In this document: in pieces, positions 16,633-26,503 of the stretch
Layout: the number at the start of each line of letters is the position of its first letter
How positions within the stretch are numbered: the first letter of the stretch is position 1
DNA from: a virus
Taxonomy: Duplodnaviria > Caudoviricetes
Length of the DNA: 27,489 nucleotides
Direction: 5' to 3' (one strand)
Virus record (IMG/VR): IMGVR_UViG_3300026972_000007
Location: 1 to 27,489 of that record
The notes under the pieces: generated by a model
The model's database searches: none
What the model saw: only the letters and a program-made list of their open reading frames with translations
What the model was told of the DNA's origin: nothing
Translations under genes and position numbers: made by a program

Positions 16633-17073
16633 ATGCCTGTGACCGGAGCAAAAGAGGTGGTCGCGGCGCTGTCGGTGCGGATACCGGCCCGCATTCGTGA
16701 ATATCTGGAAGACGCCCTGCAACGGGCGTCTTTTATCGTTCTGGATGATATGCAGGGCATGACGCCAATTGATGGGTCTAACCCCGGCCCGCATGCGCGT
16801 GATGGTCTGACCGTCATGTTTGATGATGGCGGGCTTAAATCGCATATCGGTCTGCCGACCAATGAACTGAACGAGGAATATTTCTGGTTTCGGTTTCTGG
16901 ATGGCGGCACCAAGGGCGGTGAAGTCAGCTACACCAAAAATGGCAAGCGTTACACGATGACTGTGCCGGCACGTCCGGCCATGCGCATTCGGGAACGCGC
17001 ACTTGACGCCAACCGCGATGAAATTGAACGGCTGATCGTAGATGCGATCCGCAAAGCCTTGCGCGAGGGATAA
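16633..17073 (+). CDS. HK97 gp10-like tail/neck morphogenesis protein
   Basis: VTGAKEV..AL, TPID, WFRFLDGGT, PARPAMR..ALD motifs. Confidence 0.78.
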   Translation: MPVTGAKEVVAALSVRIPARIREYLEDALQRASFIVLDDMQGMTPIDGSNPGPHARDGLTVMFDDGGLKSHIGLPTNELNEEYFWFRFLDGGTKGGEVSYTKNGKRYTMTVPARPAMRIRERALDANRDEIERLIVDAIRKALREG

Positions 17074-19067
17074 TGACAGTCGAACAACTTGGCCTGTCCG
17101 TATCGCTTGAGGCGGAGCTTTCGCGCCTTGAAGCGAACATGAAAAAGGCCGGTCGTCTGGTGGATACCACGGCGACCGGCATGGATCGCAGCACAAAGCG
17201 TGCGGCAAAGTCGTTCAACCAGCTAGAGGCATCGCTTGACCCGGTTTCACGCGCGGCACAAAGGCTGCAGCGTGATACCGACAAGGTGCGCATTGCCCAG
17301 GACAAGGGCCTGATTTCTGCCGAGCGTGCGGCGCAGACCTATGCGCGGCTCAACAGCAATTATGAAAATTACACGGCGCGACTTGGTGGCAGTGTCACGG
17401 CGCTTAATCGTGCTGGCAAGGCGGCAAACGATAATGTTGTCAATTATCGCCGGTTCGGTGCTGTCGCGCAGCAGGCCGGTTATCAGGTCGGTGACTTTGC
17501 TGTGCAGGTGGCCAGTGGTCAGAATGCGATGGTGGCACTCACCCAGCAGGCCTCGCAGTTGCTTGGGTTCTTTGGTCCTTGGGGCGCTGTTATAGGTGCT
17601 GCGGCGGCTGTTGCCGGTGGTTTGGCAATTGCGTTCTGGGATGTAGATGAATCTGCCGATTCATCGGCGGATTCTCTGAAAACATATGAGGATGCGGTCA
17701 GGTCGGCAGAAACTTTTATCAAACGTCTGAACGATGAGACGAAAGAGAGTTCTCGGCTACTCAGGGATGAGCGTGATGAGCTCCTTAAGAGTGCAAAAAC
17801 AAGGGTCGAGGCGGCGAGCGCTGCTTTGCAGACTTATCGAGAGCAAGTCAAGCTGGCGGAGCAGACGGCCAAGGATCTTGATCTCGACACTGACGGTTTG
17901 ACCGGTGAAAAAGTTCAGTTTTTTGACCCTGATGAGCGTCAAGAACTTGTCAATGCGCTGGCGGCGGCGGAGGCTGGTTATCGCAAGATAGCCGCCCAGA
18001 TTAACGCGGCGATAAAAAAGAACGAGGAATACAAGGCCTCTGAGGAAGACGGCAAAGCGCGTGAAAAGGCCGCATCAGCGGCAGAGCGGCAAGCCCTTAA
18101 AATTCAGGGTGTGATTTCAGCGCTCCAGGATGAATACGATATGCGCGGGCGTGCCCCGCGTGAGATGGCGATATTCAATGCATTGCGTCGTGCTGGTGCC
18201 GATTTGACGGATGAACAGCGCGCATCTATCGAACGCCTGTCCGGTGCTATCTATGACTACAACCAATTGCTTGAAGAAGAGGCTGATTACGAAAAAAGGC
18301 AGTTGGAAATTCGGCAAGAAGGTGCCGCCGTCACAGAGGCCAACCGGACCGCGCAAGAGAAATACAACGACGAAATTGAACGGCTTGACGGGTTGCTGGC
18401 GGCGAATGCCATCAGTCAGCAGACCTATGGTCGTGCGGCGTCCAAAGCTTTTGATGATATGGCCAAGGCGCAGGCCAATGTCGGTGAAGTCGGCAAGGAT
18501 GTCGGGCGGGTTTTGTCCAACAGCTTGTCTGATATTTCCGGCTGGGCGGACGATGCATCTGGTCAAGTCCTAAAGCTGGGCGAGGCGTTTGCATCGCTGA
18601 TCTTGCAGAAGGCTGTTTTTGATCCGGCAGCGGATGCCATTGGCGGCGCGATTGGAAGTATGGATTGGGGCAGCCTGTTTACCTTTGCTGATGGCGGGGT
18701 GATGACCGGCAATGGACCCTTGCCGCTTCGCAAATACTCAGATGGTGGGATTGCCAATACGCCGCAACTTGCGATGTTTGGTGAAACGTCTGTGCCCGAG
18801 GCTTATGTCCCGGTACCATCTGGCAAGATTCCGGTCGAAATGCGGATGCCAAAGATGGCGGCGCAATCAAGTGGCCCGTCGCAGGTATTCAATATTGATG
18901 CCCGTGGCGCGGATCAGGCTGCGATTGCGCGGCTTGAAGGAACGATCACCGCCTTGGGCGGCGAGGTTCGGCGTATCGATAGCACGTTTAACAAGCGCGC
19001 TGTCAGTGCGGTTGGAAATGCCGCGCGGCGTGGGGGCAGTGCATCTGCGGCCATTCGGGGGAGATAG
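17073..19067 (+). CDS. Tail tape measure protein
   Basis: 664 aa Ala-rich helical; GYQVGDFAVQVASGQ..ALTQQASQL, RTAQEKY, FADGG..MFGE..PEAYVP. Confidence 0.93.
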   Translation: MTVEQLGLSVSLEAELSRLEANMKKAGRLVDTTATGMDRSTKRAAKSFNQLEASLDPVSRAAQRLQRDTDKVRIAQDKGLISAERAAQTYARLNSNYENYTARLGGSVTALNRAGKAANDNVVNYRRFGAVAQQAGYQVGDFAVQVASGQNAMVALTQQASQLLGFFGPWGAVIGAAAAVAGGLAIAFWDVDESADSSADSLKTYEDAVRSAETFIKRLNDETKESSRLLRDERDELLKSAKTRVEAASAALQTYREQVKLAEQTAKDLDLDTDGLTGEKVQFFDPDERQELVNALAAAEAGYRKIAAQINAAIKKNEEYKASEEDGKAREKAASAAERQALKIQGVISALQDEYDMRGRAPREMAIFNALRRAGADLTDEQRASIERLSGAIYDYNQLLEEEADYEKRQLEIRQEGAAVTEANRTAQEKYNDEIERLDGLLAANAISQQTYGRAASKAFDDMAKAQANVGEVGKDVGRVLSNSLSDISGWADDASGQVLKLGEAFASLILQKAVFDPAADAIGGAIGSMDWGSLFTFADGGVMTGNGPLPLRKYSDGGIANTPQLAMFGETSVPEAYVPVPSGKIPVEMRMPKMAAQSSGPSQVFNIDARGADQAAIARLEGTITALGGEVRRIDSTFNKRAVSAVGNAARRGGSASAAIRGR

Positions 19068-19072
19068 GGTTT

Positions 19073-19708
19073 ATGACTGATCCGATTGCCCTGCCGAATG
19101 TGCCGCAGGATATCACGATCACGCCGGTCAACAGCATCGGCCTTGCGGTTTCGCCTTTTACGTTCCAGACGCAAGGGCAGGCGAACCAGGGGGAACGGTG
19201 GGACGTTGTAATGAACTTCGCGCCCGAACGTCGGGCCGATGTTGCGCCGTTGCAAGCCTTTATCGCAAAGCTGCGCGGGGCGCTTAACCCGTTTTACCTG
19301 AATGACCCGTTGGCGGCCTATCCACAACAAAACACAGATGACGTGACCGTGCAGCTTGATGGTGACCATACCGCCAGGTCGCGCACGCTTTCGACGCTGA
19401 ACTGGACAACGGACGACCCTGGCGGCTTTGCGTTGCGTCTGGGTGACTACTTGCAGCTTGGCAGTGGTTTGTCGTCCAGCCTGCACATGGTGCTTGACGA
19501 TGTCGAAATCACAGATGGTGGCACCGGGGCGGCAGACATCAATATCTGGCCTGCGACCCGTGTGGCGCTGGTCAGTGGTTCTGTTGTTGTCTATCGGAAC
19601 CCAAAGGGTGTGTTTCGCATGAAACCAGGAACACGTCCGGGGTGGCGCGGCAATCCTGGCGATTACTACGACGGCATCCAGATTGAGGCGATGGAGTACA
19701 TCACATGA
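19073..19708 (+). CDS. Distal tail protein (putative)
   Basis: Directly after the tape measure gene; SPFTFQTQ, FIAKLRG, NPKGVFR. Confidence 0.75.
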   Translation: MTDPIALPNVPQDITITPVNSIGLAVSPFTFQTQGQANQGERWDVVMNFAPERRADVAPLQAFIAKLRGALNPFYLNDPLAAYPQQNTDDVTVQLDGDHTARSRTLSTLNWTTDDPGGFALRLGDYLQLGSGLSSSLHMVLDDVEITDGGTGAADINIWPATRVALVSGSVVVYRNPKGVFRMKPGTRPGWRGNPGDYYDGIQIEAMEYIT

Positions 19709-20268
19709 GTCGGCCAATCGATCCTGATCTGCTCAATCACATGATGGGCGATCAGATCAGTCCTGTTTTGTTCGGGCGGATCGGGACAGCGGCAGGGGAT
19801 GTCCGGTTGTGGACCGGGACCGGCACCCTGACCTGGGGCGGGTATGAATGGCTTGGCGGCGGTGAATTCGTCGGGATTTCCGAAATCGAGGAAACCGCAG
19901 ATGTGCAGGCAAATGGCCTGGTCTTCACCATGTCGGGCATTCCGACCGATCTGCTGGCGACCGGCATTTCACAGATGCGCCAAGGGTTGCCCGGTGAATT
20001 GTTCCTTGGCGCGCTTGCCGATAATGGGGCCCTGATCGGGGAGCCTTACCCGGTGTTCACGGGCCTGACGGATGTGCCGGTTGTCGATGACACAGGCGAA
20101 AGCGTGACGATATCGGTCACGGTCGAAAGTGATCTGGTCGATATCGAGCGGTCCAAGGTGCGCCGCATGACCGATGAAGACCAGAAATCGGTTTATCCGG
20201 ATGATCGCGGGTTCGAGTTCGTTAACAGCCTGCAGGAAGCGGAAATTACCTGGGGGCAGGTCGGATAA
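19705..20268 (+). CDS. Minor tail / tail tip protein
   Basis: RLWTGTG...WLGGG, TDEDQ..YPDDRGFEFV..TWG; synteny. Confidence 0.78.
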   Translation: MSRPIDPDLLNHMMGDQISPVLFGRIGTAAGDVRLWTGTGTLTWGGYEWLGGGEFVGISEIEETADVQANGLVFTMSGIPTDLLATGISQMRQGLPGELFLGALADNGALIGEPYPVFTGLTDVPVVDDTGESVTISVTVESDLVDIERSKVRRMTDEDQKSVYPDDRGFEFVNSLQEAEITWGQVG

Positions 20269-20277
20269 GGGTGCGGC

Positions 20278-20697
20278 ATGGCACGGTTACCGAATTGGGA
20301 ACGCAGATTGGCAGAATGGCAAATGGCCGCCTCCGGGCGGCCTTTTTCGTGGGGCGATAGCGATTGCTGTCTGGCGGTGTGTGACGCGCTTTTGGCGATT
20401 GCTGGCATCGATCCGGCGCAAAGCTTTCGCGGCAACTACAAAACCAAACGCGGTGCGTATGGCGCGCTGAAACGGTTTGCCGGTGGCGGGCTGGTTGAGA
20501 CGGTTGAAAAGATCACCGGCGATCTGGGGTGGCCGGAAATCCCGGTTCTGATGGCGCGGCGCGGTGATGTCGGTCTGGTCGATACCGACCAGGGAGAGGC
20601 GCTTGCCATCTGTGTCGGTCCGAAATGGGCAGTGCAGGGTGCAAGTGGCCTTGCGTTCATGTCGATCAAGTCGGGTCTGCGTGCCTGGAGGGTTTAG
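20278..20697 (+). CDS. NlpC/P60-like tail tip assembly protein
   Basis: PFSWGDSDCCL, FRGNY, ARRGDV motifs. Confidence 0.8.
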   Translation: MARLPNWERRLAEWQMAASGRPFSWGDSDCCLAVCDALLAIAGIDPAQSFRGNYKTKRGAYGALKRFAGGGLVETVEKITGDLGWPEIPVLMARRGDVGLVDTDQGEALAICVGPKWAVQGASGLAFMSIKSGLRAWRV

Positions 20698-20700
20698 CCT

Positions 20701-23313
20701 ATGCCACAAGTTGCTGTTGCGGTTGTTGCGGCTGCGGCGGCCAAGGCTGTCGGCGCGATTGTTACCAACGCGATCCTTGCGGCGGTTCTTAGTGCGGTTG
20801 TCAGTGCTGCCATCAGCTATGCCGGTGCATCGCTTTTCAGCACCAAGCCAAAGGCGGCGGCACTTGGCGCGGTCGGATCGGCACTGGCAAGCCGCACTCA
20901 GATGGTGCGCCAGTCTGTTGCCACCCGTCCGATCGTCTATGGCGAAACGGCGGTTTCGGGTCCGATTACCTTCCTGAATGTCACCAATGGCAAGCGCAAG
21001 CTGCAATTGTTGATCACGCTGGCGGGGCATCCGGTCGAGGAAATCGGCGATATCTGGTTTGGCGATACCAAGGTTTTCGAAGGATCTGGCATCGGAAATG
21101 CGACCGGCAGATATGCCGGTTATGCGACATTCTGGAAAGGTGACGGCACCGATGATGGCGACGCCGATCTGTTGGCAGCCATGCGGGCGCGCAATTCCGA
21201 ATGGACGGTGGATCACAAGCAAAAGGGCTGCGCCAAGCTTTACTGCGAACTGACCTGGGATCAGGACGTTTACCCGTCCGGCATTCCGCAGATCAAGACT
21301 CGCGTCAAGGGCAAAAATGATATCTATGACCCGCGTTCGGATACCACCGGTTACACCGATAACTGGGCGCTGGTGGTTGCCGATTATGTCGCATCCGATG
21401 CGGGGGTTGGGGCGGGCTTTGCCTCGATCAACGAGGATGACCTGATTGCCTCGGCCAATGTCTGTGATGAAGATGTCGACCTTGTCGCCGGCGGAACGGA
21501 AAAACGCTATGTCGTGGCGGGTGTGGTCGATACCGGCAATGCGGTTGGCGACAACCTGAAAGAGTTGCTTAATCCCGGTGCGGGCATTGCGTGCCGTTCC
21601 GGCGGGGAATGGGCGATCCATGCCGGATATTACCGTACCCCGGAATACACGATTGATGAAAGCTGGCTTGATGGTCCGATCCGCATGCGCACCCGCGCGT
21701 CAAAGCGTGATCTGTTTAATACGGTGCGCGGTGTTTATGTCTGCGAAGAAAGCCTGTTTCAGCCAACCGACCTGCCGGTCCTGAAATCGCAAACCTTTAT
21801 TGCCGAGGATCAGGGCAAGGAAATCCCGACCGATCGGGAATACCTGTTTACCACGTCACCATCCTGCGGGCAGCGTTTGCAGAAACAGGCGCTTTTCCGC
21901 AATCGCCAGCAGATCGAGCTTGATCTGCAATGCAATCTTAAGGCCATGGCGGTTCGGGTGGGCGATGTGATCGGCTTTACCCGCGCGGCCTATGGTTTTG
22001 ATAACAAACCGTTCGAGATCGTGACCAGGCGGTTTGCTCCGCGTGATGACGGTGATGTCATCCGCCTTGGCATTGATCTGACCATCCGCGAAACCAGTGC
22101 GGAGGGCTATGACTGGACCACGGCGGATGAAAAGATCGTCGCGGTTTCTGCGGCAAGCACCTTGCCATCGCCAAGTGATGTCGAGCCGCCAGACGGGCTT
22201 GATGTCACAGAGGTCAAATACGCAACCCGTGATGGTGGCGGGGTCAAGGTCAAGGCTGTTCTGCAATCGGGTGCGGCGGATGACGGCTTTGTGTCGCAGT
22301 ATCAGTTCGAAAGCCGCGAAGTCGGGGTTCTGGAATGGACGCGCTATGCACGGGCGAACCAGCCCAAGCTTGAACTGTTTGACATGCCGACCGGGATTTA
22401 TGATTTCCGGGTCAAGGCGGTCAGCGTGGTTGGTCCGGGATCTCCTTACGTCACGGTGCGTAAGGAGATTCAGGGGCTTGGCGATCAGCCTGCCACGCCA
22501 ACCGGTGTGACGATATCGGTATCAGGCGGCTTTGTATTCCTGCGCTGGAACCGGTCGCCGGATCTGGATGTTACGCAAGGGGGCAAGGTCCGGTTCCGCC
22601 ATTGTCAGGCGCTTTCGGGTGCGACACTGGCGCAATCAACCTCGATCGGGGATGACGTGCCGGGTGGCGATACCATGGCGGTTCTGCCGCTTAAGCCCGG
22701 TTCGTATTTGCTGCAGTTTGTTGATGCGGTCGGCACCTTTTCCGATCCTGCTATTGTCACCACCGATGGTGCAACCGTTCTTGAATATTCGACCTATGAC
22801 ATGGTTGTTGAAAGTGCTGCCTATGGCGGCACGCATGACGGCACGATCGTTAATGATGATGGCGATCTGACCCTGCAGGGGTCCGGGTTGTTTGATGACA
22901 TTATCGATTTTGATTCTGTGGCATCGATCGATGCTTATGGCGGCATCCTGACCAGTGGCGAATATGACTGGGGATCTGGCCTTGATTTCGTCACCAAGCG
23001 CCGCATGCGGCTGACCGCCTCGGTCACGGTCGAGGTCGTCAATGTTGTCGATCTGATCGATGACAGGCTGGGTCTTGTCGATGACTGGCCGGACTGGGAT
23101 GGCGATGCATCGGGCGAAGGGGATTGCACCATCTGGGTGCGAACCACCGATGATGACCCGAATGTTTCACCGACCTGGTCGGAATGGCAGCGCCTTGACA
23201 GTGCCGAGGTCTTCTGTCGTGGCGCCGATTTCAAAGCGGTTCTGACGGTGTCAGACCAATCCTACAACATCCGGGTCAGTGACATGCGGATCACCGCAGA
23301 AGAACTGGCGTAA
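20701..23313 (+). CDS. Central tail tip / host-specificity protein (gpJ-like) with FN3-like domains
   Basis: 870 aa; RPIVYGETAVSG, YDPRS..YTDN, FNTVRG, YDFRVKAVS, FLRW. Confidence 0.88.
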   Translation: MPQVAVAVVAAAAAKAVGAIVTNAILAAVLSAVVSAAISYAGASLFSTKPKAAALGAVGSALASRTQMVRQSVATRPIVYGETAVSGPITFLNVTNGKRKLQLLITLAGHPVEEIGDIWFGDTKVFEGSGIGNATGRYAGYATFWKGDGTDDGDADLLAAMRARNSEWTVDHKQKGCAKLYCELTWDQDVYPSGIPQIKTRVKGKNDIYDPRSDTTGYTDNWALVVADYVASDAGVGAGFASINEDDLIASANVCDEDVDLVAGGTEKRYVVAGVVDTGNAVGDNLKELLNPGAGIACRSGGEWAIHAGYYRTPEYTIDESWLDGPIRMRTRASKRDLFNTVRGVYVCEESLFQPTDLPVLKSQTFIAEDQGKEIPTDREYLFTTSPSCGQRLQKQALFRNRQQIELDLQCNLKAMAVRVGDVIGFTRAAYGFDNKPFEIVTRRFAPRDDGDVIRLGIDLTIRETSAEGYDWTTADEKIVAVSAASTLPSPSDVEPPDGLDVTEVKYATRDGGGVKVKAVLQSGAADDGFVSQYQFESREVGVLEWTRYARANQPKLELFDMPTGIYDFRVKAVSVVGPGSPYVTVRKEIQGLGDQPATPTGVTISVSGGFVFLRWNRSPDLDVTQGGKVRFRHCQALSGATLAQSTSIGDDVPGGDTMAVLPLKPGSYLLQFVDAVGTFSDPAIVTTDGATVLEYSTYDMVVESAAYGGTHDGTIVNDDGDLTLQGSGLFDDIIDFDSVASIDAYGGILTSGEYDWGSGLDFVTKRRMRLTASVTVEVVNVVDLIDDRLGLVDDWPDWDGDASGEGDCTIWVRTTDDDPNVSPTWSEWQRLDSAEVFCRGADFKAVLTVSDQSYNIRVSDMRITAEELA

Positions 23314-23327
23314 ACAGGATTTCCAAC

Positions 23328-23684
23328 ATGGCAAAGAAAACGAAAGGTGCCGCGAAAGCGGCGCCAACCATCCGTGTTGCGCGGCTGGATCGATCCGGCC
23401 TGCTTACGGGCTACGAGGATGTGCCAGAGGGCAGTGTCGCTGCTGTGGTTGATGGCATGCCCGAATGGGTTGAGGGCGGGGATTGTGATCTTAAGCCGGG
23501 GCGGTATCGCTGGGATCCGCAAGTCGGGCGGTTTGATGTTGTCACACGGATGAAGGTAGAGGCGGAAACTGCAATTATCGAAGGTTTCCGCCATCTGCGC
23601 GATCATGAAGGTATGTCGCTGCCTGCTGCGACCGAAAGCTGGATCGCGGATTATGACAAACGCAAAGCACGGGCGGGGCGGTAA
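23328..23684 (+). CDS. Hypothetical protein in the tail fibre region
   Basis: RBS AGGA; 118 aa; abuts the fibre gene. Confidence 0.7.
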   Translation: MAKKTKGAAKAAPTIRVARLDRSGLLTGYEDVPEGSVAAVVDGMPEWVEGGDCDLKPGRYRWDPQVGRFDVVTRMKVEAETAIIEGFRHLRDHEGMSLPAATESWIADYDKRKARAGR

Positions 23685-24476
23685 ATGGCACAGCATGATT
23701 ACGTCGCCGCCAACGGGTCTGGCGCGGTTGTTCGGGGTGATTTCAACGATGCGCTTCTTGCGGTCGCAACGGTGAATTCCGGCGCAACATCGCCATCAAC
23801 AACTTACGCCTATATGCTCTATATCAACACCAGTGACGGGCACCTGTATCAACGCAATGCGGCGAACACCGCATGGATTGATCACGGCACTGTGTCAAGC
23901 CGATTGCTGCGGGCCGAGGATATCGCGGCAGGTGGTTCTGGCGGGTTGCTTCGCGCCGATGGTGACGGGTCTGGTTTGTCCGGTGTCGGTTTTCCGGTCG
24001 GTGTTCCCTTTTATTGGCTCGATGATACGCCTCCGGCTTGGGCGCTTGAGCTTGACGGCTCTGAAATATCTCGCACTACCTACGCTGACTTGTTTGCGGT
24101 TATGGGCACAAAGTATGGGGCGGGGGATGGTTCGACAACGTTTAACCTTCCAGATGATCGAGCGAACGCAATTCGTGGATGGGATAACGGACGTGGGGTT
24201 GATAGTGGGCGTGTGTTTGGTTCTGAGCAGCTTGACCAGATGCAGCAGATCACAGGCCGAATTAGAGCCGCCGCCGGGGGGCTGATGGACGTGGTAGATT
24301 TAGAAGGCGCAATTGTCGATGGCGGACCATATGGCGGATCTGCTGCCGTAGGTATTGCTGGCTCCGGCAGCGCGGGTGGAACTTTTGCCATCGACAGCTC
24401 CCAAAGCCCGGGTGCTCGAACCGGCTCTGAGACCCGAATGCGTAACCGTGCCTATCTCCCTTGCGTCAAATATTGA
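23685..24476 (+). CDS. Tail fibre protein with tail-collar domain
   Basis: PVGVPF..PAWALELDGSEISRTTYADLFAVMGTKYGAGDGSTTFNLPD..IRGWDNGRGVD; ETRMRN..CVKY. Confidence 0.9.
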   Translation: MAQHDYVAANGSGAVVRGDFNDALLAVATVNSGATSPSTTYAYMLYINTSDGHLYQRNAANTAWIDHGTVSSRLLRAEDIAAGGSGGLLRADGDGSGLSGVGFPVGVPFYWLDDTPPAWALELDGSEISRTTYADLFAVMGTKYGAGDGSTTFNLPDDRANAIRGWDNGRGVDSGRVFGSEQLDQMQQITGRIRAAAGGLMDVVDLEGAIVDGGPYGGSAAVGIAGSGSAGGTFAIDSSQSPGARTGSETRMRNRAYLPCVKY

Positions 24477-24484
24477 GGTGACCT

Positions 24485-25171
24485 ATGAAGTATTACAGTT
24501 ATCATGCGGTCACTCGGGAATTCCTGTCGGCGTCTAATGCTCGTGAGAATCCGATGGAGCCTGGTAGCTACCTTCTACCCGCCAATGCGACTTTTGTCGC
24601 CACAACGGCGGCGCCAGCAGGTTATGCCCGGCAGTTCAACCCCGAGAGTGAAACGTGGTCGACGGTAGAAGACAACCGAGGCGCTATTGTCTATCGCAAG
24701 TCTGACGCAGAAAAGATCATTGTCGATTGGCTGGGCGCGGTTGGTTCCGACTACACCGATCAGGTGCCAGCATCGCCGGACGACACGTGGGATGGGACGC
24801 AATGGGTGTCACCAGCGCCGGCCAGCACCAGTGTCGACGCCCAACGCAATGCGCGCCAGTATCCCGGCGATTTGCCGACGGGTCTTGGCTGGGATGTGGA
24901 TCTGCGCAACGATCTTGACCGCCGCAATATTCAGGCGAAATACACCATCGCGCTAAAGCAAAAGATCAATGAAGATTCCAGCACCATCCTTTTCCGTGGG
25001 GCGGATAATGTTGATCGCAACCTCACACCTGATCAGATGATCGCCGTGGGGGATGCTGCCGATGCATGGATCACATCGGTATATGCAGCAAGCTGGGTGC
25101 TCAAGGCTACGCCGGGCGGCATACCGACTGATTACGCCGATGACAGTCATTGGCCGTCAACATCCTCATAG
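24485..25171 (+). CDS. Tail fibre assembly chaperone (Tfa-like, DUF4376-like C-terminus)
   Basis: YLLPANAT, WSTVEDNRG, WDGTQW, FRGADN, IPTDYADDSHWP. Confidence 0.8.
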   Translation: MKYYSYHAVTREFLSASNARENPMEPGSYLLPANATFVATTAAPAGYARQFNPESETWSTVEDNRGAIVYRKSDAEKIIVDWLGAVGSDYTDQVPASPDDTWDGTQWVSPAPASTSVDAQRNARQYPGDLPTGLGWDVDLRNDLDRRNIQAKYTIALKQKINEDSSTILFRGADNVDRNLTPDQMIAVGDAADAWITSVYAASWVLKATPGGIPTDYADDSHWPSTSS

Positions 25172-25180
25172 GGGGTTGTC

Positions 25181-25492
25181 ATGAAAACCATCAAACGCCT
25201 GCCGGGGCTCATCTTTGCGATGGGCCTTTTTCTTTGGGCCTATGCCTCTGCACAAGCGGCCCCGGTCTGCGGTAATCGGGACAAGGTTCTTGCCAGCCTG
25301 TCGGCCAAGTATCACGAGGAACCGGTTGCCGTCGGGGTGGCGGCGAATGGCGGGGTGATCGAGGTGCTTAAATCCCCGGACGGGGAAAGCTGGACCATCC
25401 TGTTTACCTATCCCGGCGGGCCGAGCTGCCTTGTTGCCAGCGGGGATGCATGGCAAGACCTTGCGCCCAAGCTTACGGGGCCAGCCGCCTGA
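25181..25492 (+). CDS. Small exported protein of unknown function
   Basis: Signal-peptide-like N-terminus ending ASAQA; two Cys; SWTIL..PGGPSC. Confidence 0.75.
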   Translation: MKTIKRLPGLIFAMGLFLWAYASAQAAPVCGNRDKVLASLSAKYHEEPVAVGVAANGGVIEVLKSPDGESWTILFTYPGGPSCLVASGDAWQDLAPKLTGPAA

Positions 25493-25530
25493 GTGCCGAA
25501 CGATCGAAACGCCATGCATCAGGGGGTGAG

Positions 25531-25869
25531 ATGCAAGAGAACCTGCCGCCTTCATTCTCGATTGAATCGCTTGTGGACCTGATCAAGACCAACGGGCTGC
25601 TTGTTTCCTTTGCTGTTCTGGTGCGCATGCTTTGGCATCAGCGCCTTGTTCGGCTGGGGCAGCGGCGGTTCTGGTCGTGGGATCTTCTGTGGGAAGTGCC
25701 GATGGCCGTGATGTGCGCTGCGGTCGGTTCGGGTGTTGCCAGCTATTTCGCGCTTGAAGGCAGTCAGACGGTCGCCTGCATCGGAATTTGTTCGTGGCTT
25801 GGCCCCAGTGGCAGTCAGGCCATCCTTGACCGGATCTTGGCGAACTACGCGAAAGGAACACAGAAATGA
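25531..25869 (+). CDS. Putative holin (LydA-like)
   Basis: 112 aa with hydrophobic segments; RRFWSWDLLWEVP, SWLGP; upstream of the endolysin. Confidence 0.72.
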   Translation: MQENLPPSFSIESLVDLIKTNGLLVSFAVLVRMLWHQRLVRLGQRRFWSWDLLWEVPMAVMCAAVGSGVASYFALEGSQTVACIGICSWLGPSGSQAILDRILANYAKGTQK

Positions 25870-26036
25870 TGATTATCCTGCAGCTTGTTGCCATGGCCGC
25901 CGGCGGTGTCCTGTTTGGCGGTGCATCAATCTTTGCCGGGTCGGCGGAATGGTTTGTTGTTTTGCTGACCATCGCGGGTGCGTTTGTCGGTTGGGCGATG
26001 GCATGGATTTCTTTGGCCATGGAGTGGATCCGATGA
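25866..26036 (+). CDS. 56-aa two-TM membrane protein (absent from the ORF track)
   Basis: MMIILQLVAMAAGGVLFGGASIFAGSAEWFVVLLTIAGAFVGWAMAWISLAMEWIR; ATGA overlaps at both ends. Confidence 0.7.
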   Translation: MMIILQLVAMAAGGVLFGGASIFAGSAEWFVVLLTIAGAFVGWAMAWISLAMEWIR

Positions 26037-26503
26037 ATGCGGAACAGTTGCGCTTGGATGTCATCCGGCCCGTTTTGAAAGATGCCCGGATGTGGTCGCC
26101 TGCCGCCGAGAACCTTGTGCTTGGCACGGCGGCCCACGAAAGCCATTGCGGGCAGTATGTCCGCCAGATGGGCGATGGACCGGCGCGCGGCATTTTCCAG
26201 ATGGAACCCGATACCCTTGCCGATATCTATGGCAACTATCTGGACTATCGCGCCGACCTGCGCGGTGCGGTTGATGCCTATCTGATCCCGGCCTTTGACC
26301 GGGCGGATAATCTGGTATTCAACCTGGCCTATGCGGTTTTGATGTGCCGGGTGCATTATTACCGCCGCCCCGAACCGTTGCCAGCGGCAACCGATATCCG
26401 CGCACTTGGTGTCTATTGGAAGCAATTCTATAACACCGCTCTTGGCAAGGGCACGGTGCAACAGTTCGTTGATGACTATGAACGCTTTGTCGGGGGTGCG
26501 TGA
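26033..26503 (+). CDS. Putative endolysin, lysozyme-like fold
   Basis: LGTAAHES (candidate catalytic Glu), GPARGIFQMEPDT, YWKQFYNT; located between membrane-protein genes. Confidence 0.8.
   Translation: MNAEQLRLDVIRPVLKDARMWSPAAENLVLGTAAHESHCGQYVRQMGDGPARGIFQMEPDTLADIYGNYLDYRADLRGAVDAYLIPAFDRADNLVFNLAYAVLMCRVHYYRRPEPLPAATDIRALGVYWKQFYNTALGKGTVQQFVDDYERFVGGA

Noticed and set aside
20287-21621. 444-aa minus-strand ORF
   Set aside because: Antisense shadow of well-supported tail genes in GC-rich DNA; no recognisable motifs
23685-25171. Diversity-generating retroelement or invertible fibre cassette
   Set aside because: No reverse transcriptase, invertase, template/variable repeat pair or flanking inverted repeats seen in the window
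25583-26461. 292-aa minus-strand ORF and the 25733 extended start of the endolysin
   Set aside because: Shadow of the lysis genes; ATGA coupling supports a start at 26033 and a separate 56-aa gene upstream
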